A stretch of 63,969 nt of DNA from Nemertoderma westbladi (GCA_032718475.1 JAUCBJ010001147.1:1-63969); one strand, 5' to 3'; positions 49,801 through 63,500 are shown, numbered from the stretch's first letter. Made by a program: numbers and translations. The notes: generated by a model from the letters alone, not told the origin.

Positions 49801-50534
49801 CTGTATTATGTAGGGCAGGGGGTAGGATAAGATATATGAAAGGGGGAATTAGTGGTCGTTCGTATATGTGGCATATGCGCCTAAACCTACCGGGTATATG
49901 TGCCTAAACCTACCGGGTATATGTGCCTAAACCTACCGGGTATATGTGCCTAAACCTACCGGGTATATGTGCCTAAACCTACCGGGTATATGTGCCTAAA
50001 CCTATCGGGTATATGTGCCTAAACCTACCGGGTATATGTGCCTAACCTACCGGGTATATGTGCCTAAACCTACCGGGTATATGCGCCTAAACCCACCGGG
50101 TATATGTGCCTAAACCTACCGGGTATATGTGCCTAAACCCACCGGGTATATGTGCCTAAACCTACCGGGTATATGTGCCTAAACCTACCGGGTATATGTG
50201 CCTAAACCTACCGGGTATATGTGCCTAAACCTACCGGGTATATGTGCCTAAACCTACCGGGTATGTGTGCCTAAACCTACCGGGTATATGTGCCTAAACC
50301 TACCGGGTATATGTGCCTAAACCTACCGGGTATATGTGCCTAAACCTACCGGGTATATGTGCCTAAACCTACCGGGTATATGTGCCTAAACCTACCGGGT
50401 ATATGCGCCATCTTGTACTGATCTTCTGCTTCGCTTCCTTTACTGCAGTCCAACACACGGAGATTATCATCGCCAGCTGCTATGCGATGCGATAGCCACA
50501 TAGCGGTCACTGTCGGTAATGACTCCCCAACCAT
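46806..50534 (-). CDS. Tandem-rhodanese sulfurtransferase (TST/MPST family), ~295 aa; exons 50534-50396, 49722-49533, 48033-47792, 47368-47216, 46969-46806
   Basis: RVLDCS...AHIPG, LGISNRNHVVVY, ATRVWWLFR, ISVLD, YLDVRP...F.G, GHIPGSINIP, PITAGCARG, SLYVGSWMEF. GT-AG introns join in frame (888 nt). Confidence 0.9.
47035..47245. repeat. 42-bp tandem repeat spanning the exon 4 donor site
   Basis: cctacctcttgcgcaaccagctgtgattggtttacgtataaa x ~5. Confidence 0.9.
48846..49018. repeat. Imperfect inverted repeat in an intron (MITE relic)
   Basis: agtttgaatttcccggt...ggcgagattt...ccattcatt pairs with aatgaatgg...aaatctcgcc...accgggaaattcaaact. Confidence 0.7.
49872..50409. repeat. 23-bp tandem repeat spanning the exon 1 donor site
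   Basis: cctaccgggtatatgtgcctaaa x ~23. Confidence 0.95.
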
Positions 50535-50929
50535 GGTTAACTTATGTAAAATATTTGAGGTAAGTTATTATTAATACTATTATATTTTATGTTATCAACG
50601 ATAAAATGAGTAGGATCAACTATACTCTAAGTAAAAGTTGATATATTTATACCAAATACTGAAATAAATAGATCTGTATATTGTAGGCTACTTCTTACTG
50701 TATTGACTGATGTTATCATTGTATTTAAAACCAATTGTATTATTCTGCACATCACAATTAAGTTAATTAAACATTGCAGTACATCAATATGCAGTAAAAT
50801 CTAAATACATAGGGATAGGCCCAATGAAAATTCATATTTCCCACCACCACAGTTCCAGCTGGCTGGTTCAACCGGCCGCCACCTAGCAACAGGGAAGCTA
50901 CAGATTGTCACGGTATGTCTGTTATTAGG

Positions 50930-52601
50930 GGGTGCATGTAAAGAGCGGACTGCGTACTGGCGGACTACGGACTGGGGATTGCCAAAATCCGCGCGGTCAA
51001 TTTGAATTATCGACTTCCAAACTAAGAATCCGCTCTTTGTTGTCTGGACAAATGGCGGACTGAAGCCGGTAAATTGTAACCTGATTGGCTCAATCATGTA
51101 CATAGGCTGAAGCTGAAAGGGAACTTAACGAATGAATCATCCCATTTGGCTTTTAAATGTTTACCATTGTGCAACACTGTAATACAGGAAATAATTATCC
51201 TATACAGTAATTACGTGGACTGTTGATTAAGGGCCTACTATATAATCAACATTCTACGGATTTTCAGATTATTTATTTCAATAAATATTTTTATATACTT
51301 CCTGCCTTTAGAGTTTATGTCACAGTTGTCTGTTCACAAATATAAAAGAGCGAATATTCGGACATCCTAAGCGCAGGAGCTGGGGGAAGGGGGTGTGGAT
51401 CTATAAATAGCATCCAATAGGACGCATCTAATTACTGGCATTTAATTCTGTCCAAATTTTTATGACAGCCTTAAAATGAAAACCACGAACACCTGATCGG
51501 CTAGTGCTTTTTTAATGCTTTTTTAGTGTGGACTGTGATATCCTACATATCAGACATACGATTAACTGGGCCCATGTGAAGTATACCAGACTTTCTGCCG
51601 TTATATTTCACTTTGCAGTTACCCCCATGTGAAGAATACCAGGTTTTCACCAAAAATACAGGTTACAGAAGGGCTGAATCTAACCAAAACAATAAACAAA
51701 TTAGTATATGTACAGGTTATAAGACAGAAATAAGCGATAAAAACACTTAATAAAGATAAATTAAAAAAAATAAAAAATCTTCATATATAAAATTCCAAAA
51801 AAAAGTCGACCGAAAAGTGAAATCCTGGTATTCATCACATGGGCGATTAACTGTGGGGCGAGCAACGTAAGTCCAGGTGAGCCTTAGCATATGGGTATAA
51901 GTGGTGGACCCGTCTGTCGTTGTCATCGTCGGAAATGTTTGAACGCTAATAAGTCGGTCAATCTTGGAAAAATAACGTTTCACTACTAGTATGTACGACT
52001 AATATGTTTCAATTATGTTCCAATTTTGTTTCAACTAACAGAGACAATAGTGGCAGTACGAGCAAACCTCCCCCCCCCCCTTTTTTTTGGACGACCCCAA
52101 CGTAAAAACTTTTAATTAAAGTAACAAGCAAATAAGGAATATCTTATAAGGTCGCGGTTCACACCTTTAAGCAATAAGCATAACTCTGCTTCGGCAGCAG
52201 AAGTACATACTACAGTAGTCCCAAAGTCTTCATCCAAAGTAGAGTTACGAATGAATCATGCTTAAAAGAGTGAACCGGCCTTAACCTGAGAGATTTTATT
52301 GAAAGTTCAAGAGTTCTTCCTACTGCCTACATAATAGGTTTTCAAAATAATAGGTTTCCATCTCTGTGTCACAATGAAAACATTTAAGCCAATAAGAGGA
52401 TTCAGGAAAGTTCCCTTTGGGCCTATGTAAATGATTGAGCCAATCAGGTTAAAATTTTCTGGCTTCAGTCCGCCGTTTGTCCAGACAACAAAGAGCGGAT
52501 TCTTACATTATAATGCTATAATTCAAATTGACCGCGCATATTTGGGCTTTTAATTGACAATCCGCAGTCCGTAGTCCGCAGTCCGCTCTTTACATGCACC
52601 C
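50930..52601. mobile_element. MULE-like non-autonomous element, ~190-bp TIRs, 9-bp TSD
   Basis: gggtgcatgtaaagagcggactgcg matches cgcagtccgctctttacatgcaccc. gttattagg at 50921-50929 and 52602-52610. Confidence 0.9.
51852..51985 (+). mobile_element. 5' fragment of a DINE-like element
   Basis: tgtggggcgag...gtgagccttagc...cgtctgtcgt...aaatgtttgaacgc, as in the 28301 and 5319 copies. Confidence 0.6.
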
Positions 52602-53741
52602 GTTATTAGGTGGGTTGGATGCCTGCATGAATTGGCCTGATTACGGTGTCTGCGATGTCAAGGTTGGCATGGAAACCTATAACTATACAGTACAACTCAT
52701 GGACAAAGGAGACAACAGACAAAGACAGTGGCGCACATTGACCGAAAGTTAAATACAGTTTAGTTTATTGTTTTGGTTAGAAAACACCGCCACTGCACTG
52801 CCAAAGTAGCTAATCTTTTCGACATATTGGAGACTTTATGCCATTACTGACTGACTGCATTAATGGTAGTGCCTGTCCCATCAACGGGTTAAAGATAATA
52901 TTTAGGCAAAGTTGAAAAAATACCTCACCCGACAATTCAGAAATGTTACTGCATAGGCCTACATATCCGAAATAGAAGACAAGACAGCATACAAAACTGT
53001 ACTGCAGTTGCCTACATATGTTTGGTATTAAATTATTTATTAGTCAATACTGTAGTCAAATTAAAATCGATTGTTGCTGTATATCTATTACGCGCATAAT
53101 ATGATATAGGCCCTTCAACAATTAATTATCAAAATGTTCGTGTTGGAATATCTCCAAATGTTTTAAACGAATAAAGAACAATAAATGGATGAAACTGTAT
53201 GTTAGCATTATTACAGGTATATTATTATACTGTAGGCGTACGTAGTTCATACTCACACAATAAAGGAATAAATTTCCAGCATTATGTTATATTTTCGTTA
53301 TTTTTTGCGGAGCGAATAGTATGTTACCGAATACTGGGACGAATATCGCGACGAACACTAAATAATTATAAAATTGTATAATGTCAATAATTATAATAGG
53401 CCAATCCTTCCTCTGCATAGCATATTGAAAACAACAAATACGTAAAGAAACAATAAATATTGAGATTGATAATAGCGCCAACGGATTAAAAGTGTTTGTT
53501 ACAACTACTGTACAGGCCAGAGAAAAATTGTCACGAATAACTGCCGATTACTAGCAAAAACTGAACTATAAACTGAGCTTTTGACTTAATCGAGACGAAA
53601 TAATGACTCATTTCGAGTCGGTGGTGGAACAGGAGTTTTTAATAACCCTGTAAGATAATTAAAAGTTAATAATAATAATAATAATTACTATTAATAATTA
53701 TTAATAACTTTTAATTAATACAAAATGTATGCCATAAGAAC

Positions 53742-54904
53742 GGAAGCAGGACAATTCGGTCCCGGACAATTCGGTCCGGCCAATTCGGTCCCAGACAATT
53801 CGGTCCCGGACAATTCGGTCCCATTAATTTTATGTTTTGGGACCGAATTGTGCGGGACCGAATTGTCCGGGACCGAATTGTCCGGATACTGACTAGGACA
53901 ATTCGGTCTCAAAACATGCATATTAATGGGACCGAATTGTCCGGGACCGAATTGTCCGGGACCGAATTGTCCGGGACCAAATTTAATTGGTACTATATAA
54001 TGGTGAATGTTCTAGAACCTTAATGTATATTATTATATGGTAGCTAGTGTTTTTTTTGCTCGCTCGTATTTTTTTTTAATAAAAAAAATTTACTTTTTTT
54101 GTTAACATTATTATTTATGGTAGCTATGGTGTTTTTATGGAGCTTGTGAATTATTTACTAGCTAGTAATGGTATGTATTTAAAATGTTTAAAGCTGATTT
54201 TTTAATATATTGCGTAAGTATACTGTATGTGTTGTTGGTTGGTTAACAAGCCTAAATTATTATCCTAGATAATAGCTTGATCTCATTCAGGGACTGTTAT
54301 AATATCATCAATAGTGTTGGTAATTAATATAATCAGCAACAGTTTAGGCCTAATTCTGAAATATCAATGTTTTCACAGGTATTTTTATAATTTCAAGGAA
54401 ATGCTAGCTAGTAAAAAAAAAACACTAGCTACACCTTAATAAATAATATATAATAATGTTCTCGAACACTTACCAATAACAAAAATAAAAAAAAATACAG
54501 TATTTTTAAAATTTCAAAAAATTATAGCAAGTAAATAACACTAGCTACCATAACAAATATCTCTCCTAATGTTCTAGAACATTCACCAATATCAAAAAAG
54601 CACTAAAAAGTTGCTATCAGGAACCGGAAAATTCGGTCCCGGACAATTCGGTCCTAGGACAATTCGGTCCCGGACAATTCGGTCCCGGACAATTCGGTCC
54701 CATTTATTTAGTGTTTTGGGACCGAATTGTCCGGGACCGAATTGTCCGGGACCGAATTGTCCGGACCGAATTGTCCGGGACCGAATTGTCCGGGACCGAA
54801 TTGTCCGGGACCGAATTGTCCTAGGACCGAATTGTCCGGGACCGAATTGTCCGGGACCGAATTGTCCGGGACCGAATTGTCCGGGACCGAATTGTCCTAC
54901 ATCC
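53742..54904. mobile_element. MULE/foldback-like element built from 15-bp repeats, 9-bp TSD
   Basis: cataagaac at 53733-53741 and 54905-54913. (gggaccgaattgtcc)n arrays occur in both orientations at each end. Confidence 0.85.
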
Positions 54905-55465
54905 CATAAGAACTACCTATAAAGGTCATCTCTTAGGTATAATTTTCAACACTTTGGCTGCGGTCTATGTAGCATCATCAAACATCCACACCACTGTACA
55001 CGCCCATCTAACAGCCATGGAAATTCTTTACCTAATTGTATTACCATTCTGTGCCACGTCCAAATGTGATATACTGTACAGTACACAGTAGGCCGTTCAA
55101 CCGCGGTTTTACTTTATTATATTGATTGGAACTTTTACGATTTACATGATCGATAGGCCAAAAAGTTCATGTAATGTAATATTAAAACTTGTTTCAGGAT
55201 CTCGTTTATTGTTTTGGTTAGATTCAGCCCTTCCACAATCTGGGAGTGATAACCCGGTTTTCTTTACATGGGGGTAAACTGCAAAATGTAATATAACAGC
55301 ATAACATCAAGTCTGGTATACTGGTAATTACATGGGCACTAAAAAACGATATCTCTATAAAATTTTATCTGTTTTAATATGTACTAACAACTGTAAGCCT
55401 ACTATTTTATAAATCAGAAAATCATCGCGTCGCGTCAGAGAAAATAAATAATGAACAAATAAAAA

Positions 55466-56178
55466 CAAGTATGACGTCTACACTTTTCCCCAAAATGTTG
55501 ATCCCCTCTCTCCCCTAAATCAGATGTCATCAGATAGGCGTTGACCCCCCCCCCCCCCTCCCCTAAATCAGATTAAAAAAAAATTCGCGTCCTAATCACT
55601 GAAACATGGTGACCTAACAAGAGATTACCTGTGGTGTACCGCAAGGTAGTATATTAGGTCCTCTGCTTTATTAAGCTATTAATCTATACTGTATGTGTTT
55701 TATTATGTTTTTTTAGTGATTTTAATTACAAATACACTTTGCAGTATTGTGGCCTTTACATACTGTAGGTCAGAACGTTGCAAATTAATCAATCATAGGC
55801 GTATGGGTTACCTTCGTATGTGGGGGGTGTCTGTAACAATATCTCTCATATCACCCCCCCCCCCCATGTCTCTTGATGTGAGAATGTTTTTTTTGTGCTT
55901 TTTTTTTACTTTTTTGTGCTTTTTTTACTTTTTGTGCTTTTTTGTGCTTTTTTGTGCTTTTCTTGACTTTTTTGTGCTTGTTTTGTGCTTTTTAGCAGTA
56001 GAGAAACCGGTAGCATGGGGCCAACCAAGTATGACGTCTGCACTTTTCCCCAAAATGTTGACCCCCCTCCCTCCCCTAAATCAGATGTCATCAGATAGGC
56101 GTTTACCCCACCCCCCCCCCCCTCCCCTGAATCAGATTAAAAAAATTTTCGCGTCCTAATCACTGAAACATGGTGACT
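55466..56178. repeat. ~150-bp direct repeat pair (55466-55612 and 56026-56178) enclosing a tiny LINE RT remnant
   Basis: caagtatgacgtct...cactgaaacatggtgac is duplicated. 55633-55668 encodes GVPQGSILGPLL. Confidence 0.75.
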
Positions 56179-56403
56179 GGTAACTGAAACAGAAGGTCGT
56201 GCTACGGGCCTTCGGGGGCGTCGAACAATTAAAATAGGCAAGCTATTTACTCTTCTGCTATATCTCTTCTAGCACCTATAAATGAACATGCTGACGTCAG
56301 ATTTTGGCTGACCCCCTCCCCTCCCCTCATCAGCACGTCATCAGATTTTCCCAACCCCCCCCCCCCCCCCCCTAAAGTGCTGACGTCATACTTGGACGGC
56401 CCC
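56017..56403. mobile_element. MITE
   Basis: TIR ggggccaaccaagtatgacgtc matches gacgtcatacttggacggcccc. Confidence 0.7.
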
Positions 56404-56822
56404 ATATGGATGCGGCCTATTTGTTGGCACTAATGGAAAGCTTGCCATGCAAGAATTCCAAATATGTAACACAATCTTTGAATTTCTTCGTAAATAGCTG
56501 AGATATGAGCGTTCAAAACTTGCATGGTTTTGCATATGGGCGAGATTATATTATTATATTTACTAAATATACCATATTCTGGAACACTTTGTTTATGTAT
56601 TAATTTTCTTACTAGTATTATTATAGCATTGGTGCTCAGCAACGTATGAGATAAATATATTGTTCCATAATTAGGTGTGTTTATTTATTAAATAGAATCA
56701 AATAGCTCTTCACAGATACAAACCCATGTAATTTTCAAACGCCCATCTCAGCTATTTTAAAACGAAATTCTGATTTTTTTATACATATTTGGAATCATTG
56801 CTCTGCATGGCCATCTTGCCTT

Positions 56823-57605
56823 CATAATATTCCGGGACATGCGGTGTACGTTGGTCGTATTATTTACACATAATATTCCGGGACATGCGGTGTACTTTGG
56901 TCGTATTATTTACACATAATATTCCGGGACATGCGGTGTACGTTGGTCGTATTATTTACACATAATATTCCGGGACATGCGGTGTACGTTGGTCGTATTA
57001 TTTACACATAATATTCCGGGACATGCGGTGTACTTTGGTCGTATTATTTACACATAATATTCCGGGACATGCGGTGTACGTTGGTCGTATTATTTACACA
57101 TAATATTCCGGGACATGCGGTGTACGTTGGTCGTATTATTTACACATAATATTCCGGGACATGCGGTGTACGTTGGTCGTATTATTTACACATAATATTC
57201 CGGGACATGCGGTGTACTTTGGTCGTATTATTTACACATAATATTCCGGGACATGCGGTGTACGTTGGTCGTATTATTTACACATAATATTCCGGGACAT
57301 GCGGTGTACTTTGGTCGTATTATTTACACATAATATTCCGGGACATGCGGTGTACTTTGGTCGTATTATTTACACATAATATTCCGGGACATGCGGTGTA
57401 CGTTGGTCGTATTATTTACACATAATATTCCGGGACATGCGGTGTACTTTGGTCGTATTATTTACACATAATATTCCGGGACATGCGGTGTACGTTGGTC
57501 GTATTATTTACACATAATATTCCGGGACATGCGGTGTACGTTGGTCGTATTATTTACACATAATATTCCGGGACATGCGGTGTACGTTGGTCGTATTATT
57601 TACAT
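56823..57605. repeat. 46-bp minisatellite
   Basis: cataatattccgggacatgcggtgtac(g/t)ttggtcgtattatttaca x ~17. Confidence 0.95.
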
Positions 57606-58971
57606 CTGGAAGATCGAAGAAATTTCTGATTTTCCTCTTAATATAAATTAACGGAATTCTCATTGACATAATTATTTACATTTATTGAGTTTCTGAATTA
57701 ACATTTAAACAGCGAGTAAAGTAATAATATAAATTGTGATGTAATTAATAAATATGGGTTGTAACTTAATATCGAACGTATAAAACACAAACCATAAATA
57801 AAAATACACCAATAATAAATATATACTTATTAGATATTATAATGAGTAATATATATATATAGAGTGAGTAATAATAGGAAATAATATCTCTTATTTGTAT
57901 ATATATCATATAATGGGGACTGAAATAATTAATTAACTTTATATATTTAAATTATGATTGCGACATAGTCGGTACTTATCATATATTAAAATAACAAGAT
58001 CATTGAACAAATCAATTGATATTTTAATAATTTTCAACTGCTGACTTAATTGGGATATAAGTTAAATTTATGCAATGTGTGATAAATATGTTTCAAGTAT
58101 AAACAATAAAATAATGTTTAATTTGTCGCCATGCGATTAAACTAAAAACCTTACAATTTCCAGCACCACTTAAAATCGATTATTATAACAATGTCTACTA
58201 GGATAAATAATAAATATTTATTGCAAAATAATATTATAATATTTATAAAATTTACATATTAAATGTTAAAATCATTTAAAAATTAAATAATGAGCAACTC
58301 TTTATTGATAAATATGTGATTGATATCGATAATGATTTTCGTGAAAATAAATAGTGATAATTTATGAGTGAATGGCGCAAAATGACCGCAAACAACAAAT
58401 ATAATATGTTTAGTGAGTTTAAAAATATAATTTAATCTAAAACATAAATGGAAAGGAGCCGGTTACAGTGTCTGCGTTTTCTAACCAAAACAATAAACAA
58501 AACGTTGTCATAATGGGACTAATTATCGCCGGAGACCACTTTACAGTCAATTTGCGCCACTATCTGTAATTAACCTGCGCTTTAAGCAACCAACTGATGC
58601 TGACGTCTCTTATATAGTAACAGGATATATACAAAAAATTATTTTACATAAAGTAAACAATTAAACAGTTAATTTATACATTAATCAATAAATAATCATT
58701 CGTACCACGGTATTCTATATTTCTGCACCAATCAATGAATATAATTAAACATTTACACCAGCGGTACCTGATATCACTTATTAAACTAATTGAAATTGGC
58801 CTTAGCATCTGATCTTAGACTGTTATTTACTAAATAATCATTTTTCCAGTAATTTATTTGTCTCTTTTTCTCAAAAAAGGGATAAATCAGATATTATTTC
58901 GTCTTCTCGTAATTTTGTATCTTGAAAATAAACACAAAATGTATCAGCCCGGATTTCCCGTGCAACCCAAT

Positions 58972-61290
58972 TCACACAATCTTTAAGAGACTTCGTCTCG
59001 AGGTACCCACGTTGATATCTTTAGCGGAACCGCGGACAGACACTTCTTCCGGGATACTGAAACCACTGGCTACCGTTGGCGTTAACAACTCGTTACTGTA
59101 GTTGTTAGTAGATCCGATATTGACGCCCCGTGCAGGAACAGGGAGCAGAAAGGCGGCGGCTATGGTCACAGTAGCGTGCCATGCGCTGTGAGTCGCCCAG
59201 TAGTTCTGTTGCGTCTGGAAAATACCGTAAATGAGGAATCCAGCGAGACCGAATATAGAACCGGGTAGGAGATGCCGCAACCAAAATCCTTTGGGTGGAT
59301 AACAAACTTTATTGCGGAAACAAAAGAGAGACCAATTGATTAATAGGTAGCCAATCGGGAGTAGGTACGAGAGGTAAGGCCAAAATGAGAAGCGATCGTA
59401 AAATACCATGATGAAGATGAGGACGCTTCCGTGGAAATGTACGAAGGGTCTATATGAATCGCGGAGTTGAGCCAATGCGATTAGAGTTACCCAGAAGGAC
59501 AAACAACTGGTACTGAAATCTCCCAACTGAAGGAAATTGAAATCGGCTATGCAGTAGGATCTGTTTGAATCGCAAAGATGATAAACCGAAGAGAAAAACA
59601 TGTTTAATAGGAATGTTAGGAGTTCTAGCCACATTCTTCTATACAAGCACACAGAAGCAGGAGCTAAGAAAAATATATTGCTTAGACATAGTGTTAGAGT
59701 TTGTATGAGTAACTTAGTTTCGGAGATAGCTTGGGAACCATCCGTGCATCCGAAGCCTTTCCAACCGTTCTCGCACACACACGCACCGAACATCATGTCA
59801 CGACTCTGCGCAACCACACACCGACCCCGTTCGTTGCACCCATCTACGCATTCCACGAGATCCAACTCTAAACCGACGGGCATCAACTCCGGACACGCCG
59901 TTCCGTTCTCGCAACCCGCAACGTAGGATACGTACCAATCTCCGGCCTTGGGGAACGGAATGTACCACGGTTCCTCGCGTTTCGTTACGTTCCCCAGCCA
60001 ATAAACGATTCGATGTTCGTTTTTAACTGCGTTTCCGCAAAATGCGGTTAAATCTGATGAATTATAAGTCGCATACAGCGGAGGTACGAGGTAACGTATA
60101 CAAACGATTATATACAACCCCTCGAAGGAGTCAAAATGTCCAACATGTTCGTTTATCTTAAGAGTAAATTTTAATACGCCGCCAATAGCAAAAGCGGAAT
60201 CAATAATAAATCTATTGTGATTCAACCGACCGACAGACATTTCGGTCGAATTAGATGAGTAATCTTTGAATTTGTAATTAATTGGGTATCCGGACATCCC
60301 AGATGTACTGAGTAACGGAACATCTGGACATGTTATTGCTGTTCTAGACACATTTATTTCTACCCTTTCGGTGGAACTGTCACTCTCAACTACATAATTT
60401 TCGCAATCTTTCGTTTCAACTTTAATTGAATAACTGACTTCGTTCAAATACAAAGATTTTCGAAAGATTGTCAGGTAATAATTTGTAGACCAGAATATCT
60501 GGGAGCTGTTAAAAGATACATCGCAGGGTGCAACTGGGCATTCTGAGTTACGGGGAGCAGGAGGTATAACCGGGGAGAATGGCTTAACGAATATATAAAG
60601 TGGGCAGTCCGTACCATTAGAACAGTTTGATAATGAAACCTTTAAACTTACAGTCCTCTCTGGTAAAAAAAAATTAAAAACGTTGTACGAAGTGTTTATT
60701 TCAAATTGATAAGGAGTGTTTGTATAAAGTGTTGGAATATAATCGATATAGTTTATTTCTGCTTGAACTGTCAGCTGATAATAACACGGTTGGTTGAAAA
60801 GTTTCGGACGGATTTCTTTGTCCGAAGGAGAACGAATACCAGTTACTGAGCTTATATACCAAAGACCGGGTGATATACCGCTATAATTACGGAATATAGT
60901 GATCGGTTGATTATCAAACGTAAATGTGACATTGTCGTAATAGTCTTCGTATAGGCCTAAATTATTAACAGTATTGGATGGGGACTTGGAATCGTCAATG
61001 TTGAAAACAGGGTAGGTCTTGTGTTGAATAAATATGTAGCCCTTATCTGGAAAGCAATTGCTATCCGATTTCTCAAGAGTAAAATTAAATTTGATAGCGG
61101 TTGATCCTTCAGGCAGATTAAACTTCCACAATTCAATGTCCTTGTAGCTATAAAATTCATACAAATGCCGCGCCTGGTAGTTTTCATGGATGACGATTTC
61201 TGTTGAAACTACCGGTACGTTGTTTAACAACATAGAGAAAATAAGAAGAGGTGCTGCTAAGGTTAAGGCATCTGACAATTTGGTGGTCAT
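58972..61290 (-). CDS. TMEM8/PGAP6-like membrane protein (signal peptide, EGF-like domain, DUF3522/myomaker-type 7TM)
   Basis: Hydrophobic N-terminus, YIPFPKAGDWYV, CVDGCNERGRC...CVCENGWKGFGCTD, TLCLSNIFF, MFFSSVYHLCD, LQLGDF, NYWATHSAWH. Single 772-aa ORF. Confidence 0.9.
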   Translation of the reverse strand: MTTKLSDALTLAAPLLIFSMLLNNVPVVSTEIVIHENYQARHLYEFYSYKDIELWKFNLPEGSTAIKFNFTLEKSDSNCFPDKGYIFIQHKTYPVFNIDDSKSPSNTVNNLGLYEDYYDNVTFTFDNQPITIFRNYSGISPGLWYISSVTGIRSPSDKEIRPKLFNQPCYYQLTVQAEINYIDYIPTLYTNTPYQFEINTSYNVFNFFLPERTVSLKVSLSNCSNGTDCPLYIFVKPFSPVIPPAPRNSECPVAPCDVSFNSSQIFWSTNYYLTIFRKSLYLNEVSYSIKVETKDCENYVVESDSSTERVEINVSRTAITCPDVPLLSTSGMSGYPINYKFKDYSSNSTEMSVGRLNHNRFIIDSAFAIGGVLKFTLKINEHVGHFDSFEGLYIIVCIRYLVPPLYATYNSSDLTAFCGNAVKNEHRIVYWLGNVTKREEPWYIPFPKAGDWYVSYVAGCENGTACPELMPVGLELDLVECVDGCNERGRCVVAQSRDMMFGACVCENGWKGFGCTDGSQAISETKLLIQTLTLCLSNIFFLAPASVCLYRRMWLELLTFLLNMFFSSVYHLCDSNRSYCIADFNFLQLGDFSTSCLSFWVTLIALAQLRDSYRPFVHFHGSVLIFIMVFYDRFSFWPYLSYLLPIGYLLINWSLFCFRNKVCYPPKGFWLRHLLPGSIFGLAGFLIYGIFQTQQNYWATHSAWHATVTIAAAFLLPVPARGVNIGSTNNYSNELLTPTVASGFSIPEEVSVRGSAKDINVGTSRRSLLKIV

Positions 61291-61969
61291 GTTCCAGGCT
61301 TCGGTAGGCTATCGTATCTCAATCATAGAATCAAGCTCAATTCCACATTATTTATTTATATATATATATATCCAGATATCAGTATAATATAGGCAGATCC
61401 AGATAGGCCTGCCTGCCTATCCGGTATACCGGTATGTATAATGTATGTATGTATATGTAACGTAGGCCTACATGTAACATGCAACACGTAACAATGTAAG
61501 TCCGCGGATACCAGATAGGCCTACTAGGCCTATCTGCTATCTACTACAGTACTATCTTAAAGTAGCTTTACTTTTACACCAAGCCGGCAGCCGGTCATGC
61601 CGGTGTACAGTTGTAGGAACTCCATACAGCCATAGCAAGGGAGAAACGCCAGCGCAGCTTATGCACAAAGCCAGAAAGCCGATGCAGGATTTTTTGCAAA
61701 TTGGTGCTTCGTTCGGCATAGGAAATACTGAAATATAACTTCAATTAACTTTTCAATAAGTAGCTATGAGATACCGGTACCGGTACGGTCTAACTACAGA
61801 ACTAGAGTATAGTCAGAGAGTAGGCTACCTACCTCACCGGCTACTATCTGACTATTGCAATTTGGTTTACTTTACCCCTTTTTTTTATTTGGCAATGGAG
61901 TAAAGTGAGCTATTGAAATTTTCGTGCTGTTTATGTTTTAGAATATTTTGTATTTCATTATCAGATTAT

Positions 61970-63146
61970 ATAACCCTATATTACAGTATTTATGTGACCC
62001 TATATTACAGTATTATGTAACCCTATATTACAGTATTATGTAACCCTATATTACAGTATTATGTAACCCTATATTACAGTATTATGTAACCCTATATTAC
62101 AGTATTATGTAACCCTATATTACAGTATTATGTAACCCTATATTACATTATTATTTAACTCTATATTACAGTATTATTTAACCCTATATTACAGTATTAT
62201 GTAACCCTATATTACAGTATTATGTAACCCTATAATTACAGTATTATGTAACCCTATATTACATTATTATTTAACTCTATATTACAGTATTATATTTAAC
62301 CCTATATTACAGTATTATGTAACCCTATATTACAGTATTATGTAACCCTATATTACAGTATATTATGTAACCCTATATTACAGTATTATGTAACCCTATA
62401 TTACAGTATTATGTAACCCTATATTACAGTATTATGTAACCCTATCATTACAGTATTATGTAACCCTATATTACATTATTATTTAACTCTATATTACAGT
62501 ATTATATTTAACCCTATATTACAGTATTATGTAACCCTATATTACAGTATTATGTAACCCTATATTACAGTATTATGTAACCCTATATTACAGTATTATG
62601 TAACCCTATATTACAGTATTATGTAACCCTATATTACAGTATTATGTAACCCTATATTACAGTATTATGTAACCCTATATTACAGTATTATGTAACCCTA
62701 TATTACAGTATTATGTAACCCTATATTACAGTATTATGTAACCCTATATTACAGTATTATGTAACCCTATATTACAGTATTATGTAACCCTATATTACAG
62801 TATTATGTAACCCTATATTACAGTATTATGTAACCCTATATTACAGTATTATGTAACCCTATATTACAGTATTATTTAACTCCATATTACAGTATTATGT
62901 AACCCTATATTACAGTATTATGTAACCCTATATTACAGTATTATGTAACCCTATATTACAGTATTATGTAACCCTATATTACAGTATTATGTAACCCTAT
63001 ATTACAGTATTATGTAACCCTATATTACAGTATTATGTAACACCCTATATTGCAGTATTATGTAACCCTATACTGTATTACAGTATTATGTAACCCTATA
63101 CTGTATTACAGTATTATGTAACCCTATATTACAGTATTATGTAACC
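61970..63146. repeat. 23-bp minisatellite
   Basis: gtaaccctatattacagtattat x ~50. Confidence 0.95.
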
Positions 63147-63500
63147 AGTGGCGTGGTGGGACCCAGTAAGGGGCCCGGGAAATCCCAAAATAAGGGCCCA
63201 TTCATAAATGCTAGATCACCTGGAATTTTGACTAACCCCCCCCCCCCCCCCACCCCTCCCCTCATGCACAAAATATTTTCTAGAAAAAGGCTTTTTATAA
63301 AGTTAAACAAATATAATGGCACAATTAAATACTACTGTATAAGTAGTGATAGGGCAGTACACAATATATTTATTTATACTTTTTACTGCGAAGTTTCGAT
63401 TTAGTTATAGTTGTTGCAAAGGCTTCAAAATGTAGAGCTTCCTTCGCAAAGTTTTTCAATTATAACAAATGGTTCAAATTCCTTGGTCCAACACCTGTTT
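63146..63500. mobile_element. Possible hAT-type MITE left end
   Basis: cagtggcg start followed by ggggccc motifs. The other end was not identified. Confidence 0.35.

Noticed and set aside
53715-54922. GTELS/GPNCP/RDRIV repeat ORFs
   Set aside because: Translations of the 15-bp repeat of a MULE-like element.
55695-56159. 154-aa Phe/Cys-rich membrane-like ORF
   Set aside because: It spans a (ttttgtgc)n microsatellite and MITE sequence.
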